A model generated the notes under the pieces. The model ran no database searches and was not told where the DNA came from. It saw only the letters and a list, made by a program, of their open reading frames with translations. From Octopus sinensis (lineage: Eukaryota): a DNA stretch of 64,000 bases. Positions within the stretch are counted from its first letter, which is position 1. The number at the start of each line of letters is the position of its first letter. Below are positions 1 through 14,606 of this stretch, piece after piece. The translations under genes and the position numbers were made by a program. The stretch is from positions 124,310,001-124,374,000 of the forward strand of contig NC_042997.1 of assembly GCF_006345805.1 (NCBI RefSeq). The letters run 5' to 3'.

Positions 1-586
1 TATATATGTGTGTATGCATGTGTGTGTATGAAGGTGAATGTTTATCTATGCATAAAGAAAGGCAATTCTTGTGTGTGATGTTCTTTCCTTTTTTTGTACG
101 TTAATGTCCGAAAGATTATTCTGAGCGAACCCTCAGGCGTAATATTGCTAGAAAAACTTATTCGCATTTCAGCTCCCTTCGATCAATATAATCCATTATT
201 TATATTACTGATTAAAACCACCAAAGATATGTCAGTCACAACAACAGAAGCTGGAATATCATAACATGGAGCATGAAAATCACTTGATATACTATTCGAT
301 TGAAATTATTTTACGCAATAATATGAAGCTTATAGTATATTGAACCAAAGAAACGACCACAAAAAAATCACACACACATCAGCTAATACGCACACATTGC
401 ATATCAAGCGAAAAATGCACATGCACACACTTCTACAAATGAAACATACATTTTGACGCAACATCAGACTGATGTAGTATCAAAGAACAAGAATTGAATT
501 AGCTATAGCAATAATATTAGATATTGTAATCCACACGTGTCCGTGTATGTATGAGCATATACATACATACACACATGCATACACAT

Positions 587-685
<99 letters not shown>

Positions 686-2833
686 CGAGTATACATGCGT
701 AAGCCAATTATTAACCAACGGCATGTAGAGCAGTTATTGTATCAGCTGAAACAACAACAGTAAGATCAACTACAAATAAGCTGGAACAGTGAAATAAGAT
801 TTCTATCACTACAAATATAGAACAGGGACGTCATAAAAAAAGTAATAGCCAACAACATCTATATAAATAACTATAGGAATTTCCATATAAATACCTATGC
901 CAATATACTCTCATTTATCGTTACAATATATATCATACGAAATAACGTAATAATTTTTATTGATACTGTCCACTACACCAACTATTTTCCCATCTATATA
1001 TTTTTGCGCTAAAGGTAATTGTTTTCTTGTTATATGTTAATTTTACCATCATTCTACTTACTTATTCTACTGTAGGACTTCAGGTTTATGAAATAAGATA
1101 TTTTATAACAATCCTAATATATATTATTTAACGTAGATGTCTAGTTAGAACATCGTAATACAACGGTATTCGTCTGAGAAAGAATATGCTATAGAGGTTT
1201 AGTACATAAAAGCACAGAAATATCAACAGCAGACTATATTTGTAGCATTATATTAACGTGAGTAGGTAGGTAGCTATGAGGTGAAGAGGGTTTTTTAAAT
1301 AAATATTAACTATTCTTCATGGTTTGACTTGCGAAACATGCTCTACAGTACTTCGATTTTTAATTAAGGCCGGCAGCTAACTACTGCGTGGAATATCTTA
1401 TTATAAAAGCGTCTTTTAAGAATTGTTTGAGTAGTCTCCACTGCAAAATTTGTGATTGCGATTCGAATTTGACAGTATGAAGCCTCGAAATTTGTATTTA
1501 TTTGGATAAACAAATGCTATTCAAAATTTATAGCTAGAGAGTATACACTTTACTATATGCTCTAAGGTCTTGAGCCAAAGAGATTTTTACTTTTCGTGGT
1601 GGTATTACATTTTCACTTTTATAAAGAAAACGTAGCCAGTATTTGACATATATTCAAAATATTTTTAGAATCTTATTGAATGAGTCAGTATTTTACCAAA
1701 GATGCTTTAGGGTTAAGTTAGAGTTTTCCCGTCTCATATGCAGTGCTCTGACCTCAATTCCACCACGTACCCAATTATATTCTCAGCATTCAAATATATT
1801 CAGATTCAATTATTATTTGATACTAATGATATGGGTACATGATTTCTTAATAGATTCTATTTCCTATTACTTATATTCATGTCGTACTTTGTGAAAATTG
1901 TTATACTTTTCGCTGTAAACAGTAAACAGATTGCAATGCCTGGGATACATAGTACGTTTATATAGATATAAACTTAATTAAAAAGTTTCAGCTATATGGT
2001 ATTTTTAGAAGATTTTTATTTACATTTTGTGCCTTACAAATTCCGAAGACAACTAAAATTATATCAAGCTGCAGCCAACTGGCTACAACAAGCAAAAGAA
2101 AATAATAACATAATAAATGGCATGATTCTGAACTCCAAAACCTATTTCCAACAGTTATATTAACAATAATCATAAATGGAATTATAGTGAAAACAGTATT
2201 ACTATTTATGATAATGATTGGTTTGGTGGAGAAATAGATATGCTTATATATCGCTTAAAACATGGCCTGGTTTAATTTCTCAACATCATGAAGTTCTTTG
2301 GAAACCAAAGCTCTCTATAATTTTTGTATTTTTTAAAAAGTAAATTCTGAAATGATTTAATATTTTCAGATCCATTTTTAATATTATCATATGTAATTCC
2401 TGCATCCATAAAACAACTTTCAAATTGTAAGAAAAGAAGAATTAAGTTACACCTTATTCTCAGTCGTATGTCCAAATAATTAGTTTTGGAAGCATATTAC
2501 TAGTGTGGTACATACTTTTATTTTTTCAATCCATCCATTTTTTAAAAATAATTTACTACGAAAAGTTAAATAAATGAAATTTCTCGCAGAAAACGCTATA
2601 ATTTAGTATAAAAGTTTGATTTAAAATTACAGTGAACGCAATAGTTATTACGTATAAAATACAAACTAGCCGGAAAGTAATAAATATTGCACTCGCAAAT
2701 ATGTATTTAAAAGCAAACAACTGTGCATAAATGCATATCTATAAACGTCCTCTACAAACATATCATAATTAGAGATTTGGTATGTCTAACATCATACATA
2801 TCATAAACAGACACATGTGTATGAATATATATG

Positions 2834-2868
<35 letters not shown>

Positions 2869-3370
2869 TATATATATCGAGAGAGAGAGAGAGAGAGAGA
2901 GATGAGAAGACAGACAGACAGATAGTGAGAGAGAAGAATGGAGATAGAGAGATTATATACACTTTTATATATGTGTGTGTATAGGTGTGTGAGTGTGTGT
3001 GAAATAACAAATATTTTAGTCTAATTTTCGAGACTGTGAGCCTCCCAGACGTCCCTCTGAGGGCACTTTCTAAAATGTGCAACACATCTGAAGTTTTAGG
3101 AGATTTGCCACCTACAGACATAAAATATATATATTCAAAAAATGCATTGTGCACATTCTCCCATGCTTGTAAATACAAACATGCTTAACAAAATTACATA
3201 TAGGCCTATATACGTATACTTATACGTATACATCTTGTACATATATACACTCATATTTATGTGTGTTTGTTTGTATATTCTCCCATGTCAATAAAACATC
3301 ATCTGCTATACTTAGCTTACCTATACAAGTACATACGTATGGTGTATGTGCAACTATTAACCTATGACTC

Positions 3371-3417
<47 letters not shown>

Positions 3418-4456
3418 GGAAGAATCTATCTGAGAATATCTTTACAAAAATACATACTTACATATATAGAGATATTAGTGTGTGTGCATGCATATGCGTA
3501 TGCACATGTTTATAAATGTACGTTTTCACTTATTTACACACACACACACACACACATATATGTATATATATGAATATTTCTTTATATATATGTATATATA
3601 TGTATGCATGCATATGCATATTTATCTACATATATATATATATGTGTGTGTATGTGTGTATGTATATATATATATAGATGTATATTATATATATTTATAT
3701 GGGTGTGTCTGTGTGAGAACATGCGTATATGTACGTTTCACGAAGTTTTTGAGGGTTCTTATACTGTTGTGTATTGTATTGATGCAATTTCCATTAATAC
3801 CTTTTTTTAGAAAATGCGTTAATTATACATAGGTTAGAGGAAAATAGGTATGCTTTTGTTTGCATATGTAAAATAGGAGATATGTTTTGATATAAAATAG
3901 ATATAACATTTATAGAGATTAAAATGTAACTGTTTATAAATAAGGTCCAGTGACGATATATAATTGCGTGCGTGATTAAAGTTACAGATAACATTGTTTT
4001 GTCTTCAAAAACGTTTGTAATCTCCTTTTCATTTGTGTCCAAATACAAGAAATCAAATATGGATATTTGCACCAAACCAGAAAAAAAAACATTTCACCGA
4101 TAATTGATTGTTTGTCTTCACAAGTATGTGGGGGAATTTGTCTCGTAAAGTTTGACTCACGATTCAAAATTAGCACACAAAATATTTTTCACACTAATCG
4201 CATCATATAAAACAAAAAATCTTGTATTATAGCCATGTTGGTCAAAATTGACCAATGTCAATGTCACAATGTATACATACCTATATACATACATATACAT
4301 ATATACATACATATATACATACGTATATATATATGTAATATGAGATCAGTTTCTTTTGTGTATGTGAGCATTATAAATGTATGTATATATATATTTACAC
4401 AAACATACATGTAGACAAGTATATATATATATGCATATATATGCACATACATATGC

Positions 4457-4507
<51 letters not shown>

Positions 4508-5094
4508 ATATGCATGTGTGTGAGTGTGTATGTATATATGTATGTAACTAATACATAAGTTTGTAAATATATTATGTCATATTTTACGTTCAAACTGGAA
4601 GACAAACCAGATTATTGACTGTTGTCACAGCCCAGATTTTCTTTTTATTATGTAGTGCAATGTCAAAATACATTGGATCATGACTTATGTAATCGTTTCA
4701 TTTGTTGTGTAGGGAACAACAACAGCTAACCATTAATAATATTTAGCAGGGAGGGGAAATTACGCAATGGCTCGCGCATGATATAGCACAATATTTTGAT
4801 TATATTTTATTCAAAATCTAAATTGCCTACCTGGTATGAAGACAATTGGCGCCAAGCCATTTCGAGTTAATAGACGTGATTTGAAATAAGTTATGTGGAG
4901 AAATAACAATTTCTATAGAGATCTTGTCACATTTTCAGTCACTTTTTGCGTTTTTTTCTTCTGGGGAAAGAATACGTATGGATTTATATATATATATATT
5001 TATGCGTCTCTGATTGTGAGTGTGTGTGTGAGTAGGCAAGTAGTTAGGTAGGTATATGTATATGTTGTTATATATATATATATATATATACCTA

Positions 5095-5308
5095 TTCTTT
5101 TCTACACTAGGCACAAGGCCCGAAATTTTGGGGGAGGGTGCAGTCAATTAGATCGACCCCAGTACGCAACTGGTACTTAATTTATCGTTCCCCAAAGGAT
5201 GAAAGGCAAAGTCGACATCGGTGGAATTTGAACTCTCAACGTAAAGACAGACGAAATACCGCCAAGCATTTCGCCCGGTGTGGTAACGTTTCTGCCAGCT
5301 CGACGCCT
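5095..5308 (-). mobile_element. tRNA-derived SINE, family A
   Basis: Homologous to 41079-41305 and other copies. The head gagctggcagaaacgtta...gagttcaaattcc carries Pol III A/B-box-like motifs. Confidence 0.85.
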
Positions 5309-6055
5309 TTGTATATATACATATTATGAACATATTAATGACTCGGATTCTAACAATCCTAGTGATTATAAGTGCATCATAACCGGTGAACTCACGTAAG
5401 ATATGCATTTTCATGTCTCTTTTATATCTTTCTCAGAGTGAAGAACGAAATTTCCTTGGTATAATATAGTTAAATGCAATTAATAATGCAAATATTTAGA
5501 ATCCACAATTACTTTTCAAGTCTTTCGTAGGCATGGATATGTTTCGTTTCCGTGTTTCCTTTATCAGTTAGATTCACCAGACTTTGTTTTTAGTTTGATA
5601 AAAATTAGGTTGGTTTTCTCCTATAAATCTATTCGGAAATGTTTATTGTTTGAAAGGGATCAATATTACCCATCAGAAATATTTCACATGACGTAGCAGA
5701 GCAGACATTTTTTATGTGTTTAATTTTATAAAAAAAAAATACACTTTTGAAGTTAGATATGAGAATCTGATAAAGATTGATCGCCATAAAATTATTAGCA
5801 ATAGTATTTTCTAAATATAAACGTTCTTGTATTTTATTTTTTAAATTATTTTCCAGCATTTAAGTATTATATATTCTTATTCCTATTGTCTCTTTTATTA
5901 ATTTGTCGCATTCACTAAGCTAATAAACTAAAATCATGAAATAATGTAAAATGTTTATATTAAATTAATAGTTTATATTCCAAAGTCTGATTATACGAGA
6001 TTCTATGTTTCATAGAAATTGGTGGTCGCATAATACAATATACACAGACAATATA

Positions 6056-6093
<38 letters not shown>

Positions 6094-6942
6094 GTATCTG
6101 TGAATATATTCTTAGAAAAACAATTGTATTTTTTTTACCTATTATAAATCTCGCGAATCTCAATAATTATAAAATTACTAAAACGAAATTACGATAATCT
6201 TTTCGTTGAATTAAAATTATTGAAGACTTATAATATTTATAACAGACTTGATAATATATAAAATATATTCCTACGTATTTCAAAAGCATTTCTAGATTTA
6301 TAGAACAATTTTAAATGGAAAATAAATGCATTATTCCAGAAATGCAAAGCTGGTTTTACTAGGTACATTGCAAATTATTGTATATTAAATAATAATCGAA
6401 ACACTATTCCACTCACTTCATAGTTTTATAGGCAATAAAAGCAAAATTCACTCCTGTTAAGGGAAGTTCAGTTTCCATATTATGAAATTAAAGCATTTTT
6501 GGGATGATATTTGATAACAAAGTTATACCAGAACCGTGCTCGTACTTTCTCTTTCACAGCAATAAACTTAACCTTAAATGTCGTTAGAGTTTTCGTGGTA
6601 TTCACTACAGCTTGCAAATATGATGACTCCCGGGAAAATTGTTTTTCACATACACATACATATATATATATTTATACATACATATACACGCGAGTGTATG
6701 TGTGTGGCTAGTCATATATCATTTCCTATATTTCCTCATACCTTCACAAAATATTTATTCTTGATCTATTGTTAAATTTTATTGATAATTATTTGAAATA
6801 GATTATTTTCCCCGCCCTCAAGTGTCATTTACCAACTATAAATGTATTATATTCTTTTTATTAGAATTGTTATTCTTATCATTTCCATTATTCTTACAAT
6901 GATTATTATTTTCTCTACTAGTATTGATTTAGTTAGTGCCGA

Positions 6943-6943
<1 letters not shown>

Positions 6944-6999
<56 letters not shown>

Positions 7000-7177
7000 C
7001 ATTATTATTATCAGTGCCTTTATTGTTTACTGATTTATTGTTCTGTGCCTTGTTTAATATTTGTCTATTAATGTCTTTTTCAATAAATGATAACTTATCT
7101 TTTAATATATTATAAATTACGTAAAACTGATAGCATATTATGATTATTCTTACTACTACTACTACTACTACTACTAC

Positions 7178-7210
<33 letters not shown>

Positions 7211-8154
7211 CTGTAGGAGTAGCAGGAACAGTAGTAGCTCTATTAGTTTTGTTTATATTTCGTTAACTCATATATTTTACTTCACAAGTGTTATTTTTTA
7301 TTCATATTTATCATCTTTTTATATTTCATGTTGCAACAGAACAATGATGGCAAACTCACAATGGATATTTGATTAATATTTTTTTAGACCCTTTCAAGAT
7401 AAGCTAACGTTAATTTTTCATTGAGTTTGGTGCTGTTGTTGTTTTAAGAGTAAAAAAGCAAAACTATGTTTGAGATCTGTTGCCATTGTCTGAACAGTTT
7501 TTTTTTCTATTAACTATTCACTGAAAGAAATGAATAAAAGATTAAATTTTTATCATGATCTTTTTATGTTTATTATATTTCTCCTCTTTCAAACCACTAC
7601 CTTATTTAACCTCATTTGCAGTGTTTATATTAATTAGACATGCATGCTGAAGCAAACAGACATCTCCGCTATATCAAAGTGCTACTGTTCAACCTTTATA
7701 TTTTTATCTCATATTTTGTCTTTATTTCTCTCTCAGCTTCTCATTTGTTTCATTCATTTTGTTTGCAACTCCACAAAGTCTTTTTCTTAACATTTGTTTG
7801 CTTCTTTCGTTTCGTTTTTTCGTTTTTTGTTTTTGCATCAGTAAAATTTATTTGACACAGAATTAACTTTTAAAATGAAAAAAATAATATCGTCTTGAGA
7901 AAATCAATAACTGAGTTAGGCTAGTAATAGTGTTGATGATGACGACGATAATGACGATAACGATGATGATGATGATGGCGACGACGACGACGACGATGAT
8001 GATGAGGATGATAAAACAATTATGTTAACAACAACCAGGAAAGAAATTAGTAAAGGATAAAAATGAATAATGAATGAATGCATAATGATTATACTATGTT
8101 TTATAATTAGACAAGACATGTAGACAAAAACTAATAATAATAATAATAATAATG

Positions 8155-8211
<57 letters not shown>

Positions 8212-8320
8212 TAATAATAATAATGCTAATAATAATAATATTAATAATAATAATAATAATATCATTCTCATTGTTATTAAAATAGCTATCATTACGACTG
8301 TTATTACGAAAAAACTAATA

Positions 8321-8371
<51 letters not shown>

Positions 8372-8518
8372 TATTTTAATTTTTATTATTATTGTCTTTA
8401 ATATTATTATTATTATTATCATCATCAACATCATCATCATCATCATTATTATTATGGTAATTATTATTATTTTGTAGTAGTAGTAGTAGTGGTGGTGGTG
8501 GTAGTAGTGGTGGTGGTG

Positions 8519-8595
<77 letters not shown>

Positions 8596-8596
8596 C
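6944..8596. repeat. Cluster of trinucleotide microsatellites: (ATT)n, (ACT)n/(AGT)n, (GAT/GAC)n, (AAT)n, (ATC)n, (GTA/GTG)n
   Basis: Directly visible. Confidence 0.95.
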
Positions 8597-8959
8597 ATTA
8601 CATTTCTTATAAAAAATGTTGACGTTGATTTTTGCGATATCATGAATGTTTCAAGGAATAAAATTATAATTATATTTGGTGTCTTGCTATTTGTATTATT
8701 ACAATTTTTTTAATATTTTTTCATACTATTATCAACATCATATTTTTTCAATACGCTCCATAATTTCACCGAAGGCAACTGAATTGCAATCACGTAGTTC
8801 TAAGATTTTCAATATCATAGTATATTATAATAATTTTCATTTTTCCTCATTCCTGTTCTATTTATGGTAAGACCACTGCTTACTCTAAGACTAGTTTTTC
8901 TTACTTCCACCTATTTCCAAACTTCAAACCGAATATTCGATGGTTTGCTTCGTATTTTA

Positions 8960-9130
8960 TTATTATTATTATTATTATTTTATTATTATTATTATTATTA
9001 TTATTATATTATTATTATATTGTTATTATCAATATCATTTTCATTACTATTGTTAATCTTATTATTATTATTGTTATTGCTATTATTATTATTTTTATTA
9101 TTATTATTAATATTATTATTATTATTATTA

Positions 9131-9194
<64 letters not shown>

Positions 9195-9739
9195 CATAGA
9201 AATAAATAGAAGAGTGCAATAGTTATCATGCGAAATTGGTTGAACGATATTTCGGCAGCTAGGGTGCCTTCCACAGGTTCAAATATTATATGTCAGGCTA
9301 CTTCATATTTTTAAAGATTATATAAGACTGAGGTAATTCCTCCAGAATTTATAGAGAACTAAATAGAAGAGTGCTATAGTTTATTATTATTATTATTATT
9401 ATATTATTATTATTATATTATTGTTATTCAATATCTTTTCATTACTATTGTTAATCTTATTATATTATTGTTATTGCTATTATTATATTTTTATTATTAT
9501 TATTAATATTATTATATTATTATTATTATTATTTATTATTATTATTATTATTATCATAGAAATAAATAGAAGAGTGCAATAGTTATCATGCGAAATTGGT
9601 TGAACGATATTTCGGCAGCTAGGGTGCTTTCCACAGGTTCAAATATTATATGTCAGGCTAGTTCATATTTTTAAAGATTATATAAGACTGAGGTAACTCC
9701 TCCAGAATTTATAGAGAACTAAATAGAAGAGTGCTATAG

Positions 9740-9741
<2 letters not shown>
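8960..9741. repeat. Tandem segmental duplication: (ATT)n tract plus about 190 bp of unique sequence, two copies
   Basis: 9191-9381 and 9551-9741 are near-identical (offset 360 bp; three substitutions seen). The preceding interrupted ATT tracts are also homologous. Confidence 0.92.
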
Positions 9742-9803
<62 letters not shown>

Positions 9804-9817
9804 CATAATTATTATTA

Positions 9818-9854
<37 letters not shown>

Positions 9855-9867
9855 CATCATCATTATT

Positions 9868-9903
<36 letters not shown>

Positions 9904-10816
9904 GTTATCATCATCATCATTAATGGACTTCGTTTCTTTTTTGTTTTTTCTTTTACATTCTAAATTGCTGTCTACAAATATCCGCGCGGTAGTGAAAGAA
10001 TAGGAAATTAGTACATATCAATGTATTTATTTATTTGTTATATCAAAGATTTGAGTAGCTCCAATCGGCAAGAACTGGCACGTGCTATTGCCCGTGCTGT
10101 GTGAATGCAATCTGATGTTGTGTGAAGTCTCTCTGGCGTCGCAGCGTGTGTTTGATAACCACTTAAGGAAATATCATGATTTTCTTATTCCTTGTTCTAT
10201 CGCTATATCTATATTTTCATTTACTATATTAATGTCAATATTTTTGCTTTGTTCAACATTTTTATTAATGTAAGTCCTTATAGTTTCATGTCGGTGCATT
10301 TCCTTTTCTATGTCCCCTTCACACAGACTCCAACGTCTTGGGGTTCGTGTATTATCATTACTTCCACTAATATTATCGTTATTATTATCATTATTACTAC
10401 TATTATTGTTTCGTTGTCATTATTATTACTATCATCATCATCATCATCATCATCATCGTCATCGTCATTGCTATTATCACCTTTGTCGTCGCTACTTTTA
10501 TTTCCCATATCCTTTTAATCATGCATAAGATTAGCAGGTATCGTTTGGTTAAGAGGATCTCTCTTTAAAATGTCCTACGATTGCAACCAGAATTTGGAGA
10601 CGTCATTTTCTCTTTGAAGTCATTGCTCAGCAGTATTCTTTCGTAGGCTGTTGGTATTTGTCTCCATATTATAACATTCCTTTGCCTTTGAAATTTTGTA
10701 CTGGTATCATGTGCGGTTTGAAAATTCTATTTTAAATGCATACTAATTGCTTTTCTAACTTCTTTCTTGTCAAGTAATCCATTCATCACTTACTTATTTT
10801 GGAATAAATTAAATTA

Positions 10817-10861
<45 letters not shown>

Positions 10862-11574
10862 TATTATTATTATTATTTCTTTTCTTATTTTTCTTATTAT
10901 TATTAATATTTCAATAATCATATTTTATTGCATACTGTCAGCGCTCACATATCGCGAGTTTGGATCTATAAAATACTGTGCGACCCTATGTTCGTTCAAG
11001 TCTATATCTGTTACCTATTGTTGCTATAAGTCCACACATGCTATATGCATATGTCTATGGCTTTGTGCGAACGATTAACAATGGTAACATTGTATGATGA
11101 AGTAAACAATCGAGAAAATAAATCACAGATATGTCGAAAATGCTGTGTCTTTTTCAACAAATACATCTTACATGATAGTTAGATATTGTGTTTTAAATAT
11201 CCATTACGAGAAAGCAAAATCTACAGTCGAAACGTGATATTAAATAGGCTTCATCGGAAATAAACGGAAATAATACAATACTAAAGGTGTTAACATACCT
11301 CAATATATAAAACTTGTTCTCAAAAAAGGGAGCACTTTTCCCAAAATGTATTAGGAAACTACAGTTGATCTTATGTGTTTAATTGTGTGTATGCAAACAG
11401 GGCCAAACAATTTATTGTGTCTAAATTTGAGCATGCAAAAGGATTCTTTCATCACATCTAGGGAGAAGGTTTTTATAACTTACACACAAAAAGCGTGACA
11501 ATATAGACGTGACAATATATCTCTTATAGCTTGTTTCTGCACTTTATTTCATATGTAATCAATATATATCTGTG

Positions 11575-11618
<44 letters not shown>

Positions 11619-11950
11619 ATAATATATATATATATATATAATATATATATATATTATATATATATATATATACATATATTTGCATTCATATATATATTTA
11701 TTATATATGTATATTTTTGTTATATATATATAGTATATATATATATATATACATACATATTCATATATTCATATACATATATATGCTGGTTTATTTATAA
11801 TTATATTTATGCATTTATATGTATATTGTATGGTTACATACAAATACACGTATAAATTTATGAATATATATGTGTACATATTTATATGTTCATGTATATA
11901 TATATACATATACATATACATATATACATATATATGTATATATATGTGCG

Positions 11951-11991
<41 letters not shown>

Positions 11992-12021
11992 ATATACATA
12001 TATATATATATATTCATATAT

Positions 12022-12072
<51 letters not shown>

Positions 12073-12562
12073 CATTAATATTTAAAAAATATTTTCAGTT
12101 TTATTTTTGTTTGTCTTCTTTCCACTTCCTGACTAAAATTGCTGCTTACATTTCCTGTGGTTAAAATATTAATTCTCAAAGATTGGTTTTACTGATGTTG
12201 TTGTACATTTTCACAAACGTTCATTTCTCACCATCTTTTATATATATTTTCCTGCCAGTTGGTTTTGTTCGATTGACTCTGTAAAAAAAGCATTACCTAT
12301 CTTTAAAACAAGTGTCACATAAGCCAGTGACATTTTGGACTGGGGCATCAAAACATTGCGCCATTGAGAATACTTCAAAATCTGCCAGAAATGAAAAACA
12401 TATACAAAATGTCTTCGACGACATTAACAATGAAATTAAGGAGAAATTTTACCTGTTCACAATAACATAAAATAAAGAGAAACGTGTAACAAACATCAGT
12501 GTTATGTGATTGAAAAACAACAGAACAAATGGTAAACGAAAGAACAATCACTTTTAGGACAA

Positions 12563-12593
<31 letters not shown>

Positions 12594-12601
12594 TAATAAT
12601 A

Positions 12602-12698
<97 letters not shown>

Positions 12699-13956
12699 AA
12701 AGAAGAGGATGACGATGATGGAGACAAAGCAGTAAAATTTCCTTTGTTTAGTGTTTTTCACACACACACATGCATATATACGCATACATGTGTTTTGTGT
12801 GTGTGTATTTATGGTTGTGTGTGTGCGTATGTGTGTCTGTGAGTGTGTGTGGCAGATGAATTACCCTTTTACATTTTTTTCTGTATTTTTTTCAAGTTTT
12901 GAAAGTTTATCTATTCAGGGAATAAAGGAAACGCTGTTAGATATATATATATATCTGAAAGTGATTTTTGCCAGACAACACTTTGGACTCTAGAAGGACT
13001 CTTGCCTGCTTTTCAATATGGTGAAAATTAAATCATTCCCTATGATACGTGTGTGGTTTTCTTTACGGTTTTTCCGTACCTTTACACATATATGATTTGG
13101 GCTTAGAAATACAATTTAAAGAAAACTTAATTCGTGCGATGAAGTTTTCACCATGACGGATTTTATTTTTACTTCATTAACTGACACGTTTTCATATTCA
13201 AATATTTTTCAATGGCATTGTAATAATCAATGAATAATCTAAAGTAAGCTCTAGAAAAAGAATATTACACTTGTCGCACATACTGGGCCAGAGACATGTT
13301 AAAACAGATTGACCAAACATATTGTATTAATGTAAAAGTTTTTTAATCTAAATTACGTAATTTTTAACGGTGCATTTTGTAAAGTTTTCTAAATAATATT
13401 CTTTACTTCTGTTTTCGCCATTTCTACCTTTTCTATATACTTTGCAATAAGGATTAGTAATTCTTCTATAAGAACTGAGATTTAAACAGAACCAGATAGC
13501 AATCAACATATGTTATTGCAAGTTATTTCACATAGGAATAGATTGAAGTACAGATCTAATCTTCGTGGATTCTGCATTTGTTATGATGTGACATAAATGC
13601 TACAATATTATTTAAATATCATTATTCATTGGCTGATGTTAGGAACTTTATGAAATGCACAAACATTTCAATGCCATGAAAGGATATTGTAAAATGTAAC
13701 AGCTAACCTTTATCTACCATGTAAATCATTACATTCGCAAATCATGACAACTATAAATTTTATTTAAGTTATTTACTATAAGAACTGGTCATTTTTAATT
13801 GTGAATATAACCCGAAAGTTTTTCATGGAATCTAGCACATGTTCAAGGAATGATCTTTTTAGTAACGCCATGATTTCGAAAGCTACATATCGATTTCTGC
13901 TGCATCGTTATGAACTGATCGGTAGGTGAGGTGTGTGGAGTGAGTTATTATTATTA

Positions 13957-14029
<73 letters not shown>

Positions 14030-14122
14030 CATTATTATTATCATCATATGTTGATATCGCTACTTTCTAATTACTTCTAAATCTAATAGCTAATATATGT
14101 GTATATCTATATGTATGTGTCT

Positions 14123-14203
14123 GGAATCCACTTTGCGTGAAATTCAACACATTAGAAAGAACAGCTAGGTTCTGTGTTGAATTTCACACGCAAAATGGAT
14201 TCC
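14123..14203. repeat. 81-nt imperfect inverted repeat (hairpin)
   Basis: ggaatccactttgcgtgaaattcaacac pairs with gtgttgaatttcacacgcaaaatggattcc; an inner agaac/gttct stem closes a 6-nt loop. Confidence 0.85.
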
Positions 14204-14427
14204 TTATGTGTATAAATATGCACTATATCGTATGACTAATATATAGTCTTCTTGACTAATTATTTTTTGCATGTTAGACCACTGGAAATGTAAATTTTGA
14301 TTGTATATTTTAATTTTAATTAAATTCCATTTCCCTTTGATATGATGAAACATTATATATACATATGCATATATATATATAAGCATGTATACATACTGAT
14401 ATGTATATGTGGTTATGTGCGTATGAA

Positions 14428-14606
14428 GGTAGGGGCTTAGTGGTTATGTTGTGATAGTCATGATCGTATGATTCTGATTTCAATTCCTGGACTAGGAAAT
14501 GTATTGCGTTCTTGAGCAAAACGTTTCATTTCACGACACTCCAGTCCACCCAGCTAGCAAATATGAGTAATCATGCAATTGACTACTGGTGATTTGTCCC
14601 TGTTCA
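14428..14606 (+). mobile_element. Old, degenerate family C SINE
   Basis: ggcttagtggtta...tttcaattcctggact...gcgttcttgagcaaaacgtttcatttcacgacactccagtccacccagct aligns to 47130-47250 with many substitutions. Confidence 0.65.

Noticed and set aside
1996-2163. About 55-codon plus-strand frame (…YKFRRQLKLYQAAANWLQQAKE…)
   Set aside because: No recognisable homology, AT-rich composition, and a length within chance expectation.
9191-9741. Repeat-spacer-like patterns suggesting CRISPR
   Set aside because: Eukaryotic context; only two long copies, with microsatellite between them; no unique spacers or cas genes.
11575-12068. Recurrent single-base phase shifts (aa/tt) inside (AT)n arrays that look like a code
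   Set aside because: They are irregularly spaced and typical of slippage or long-read consensus indel errors.
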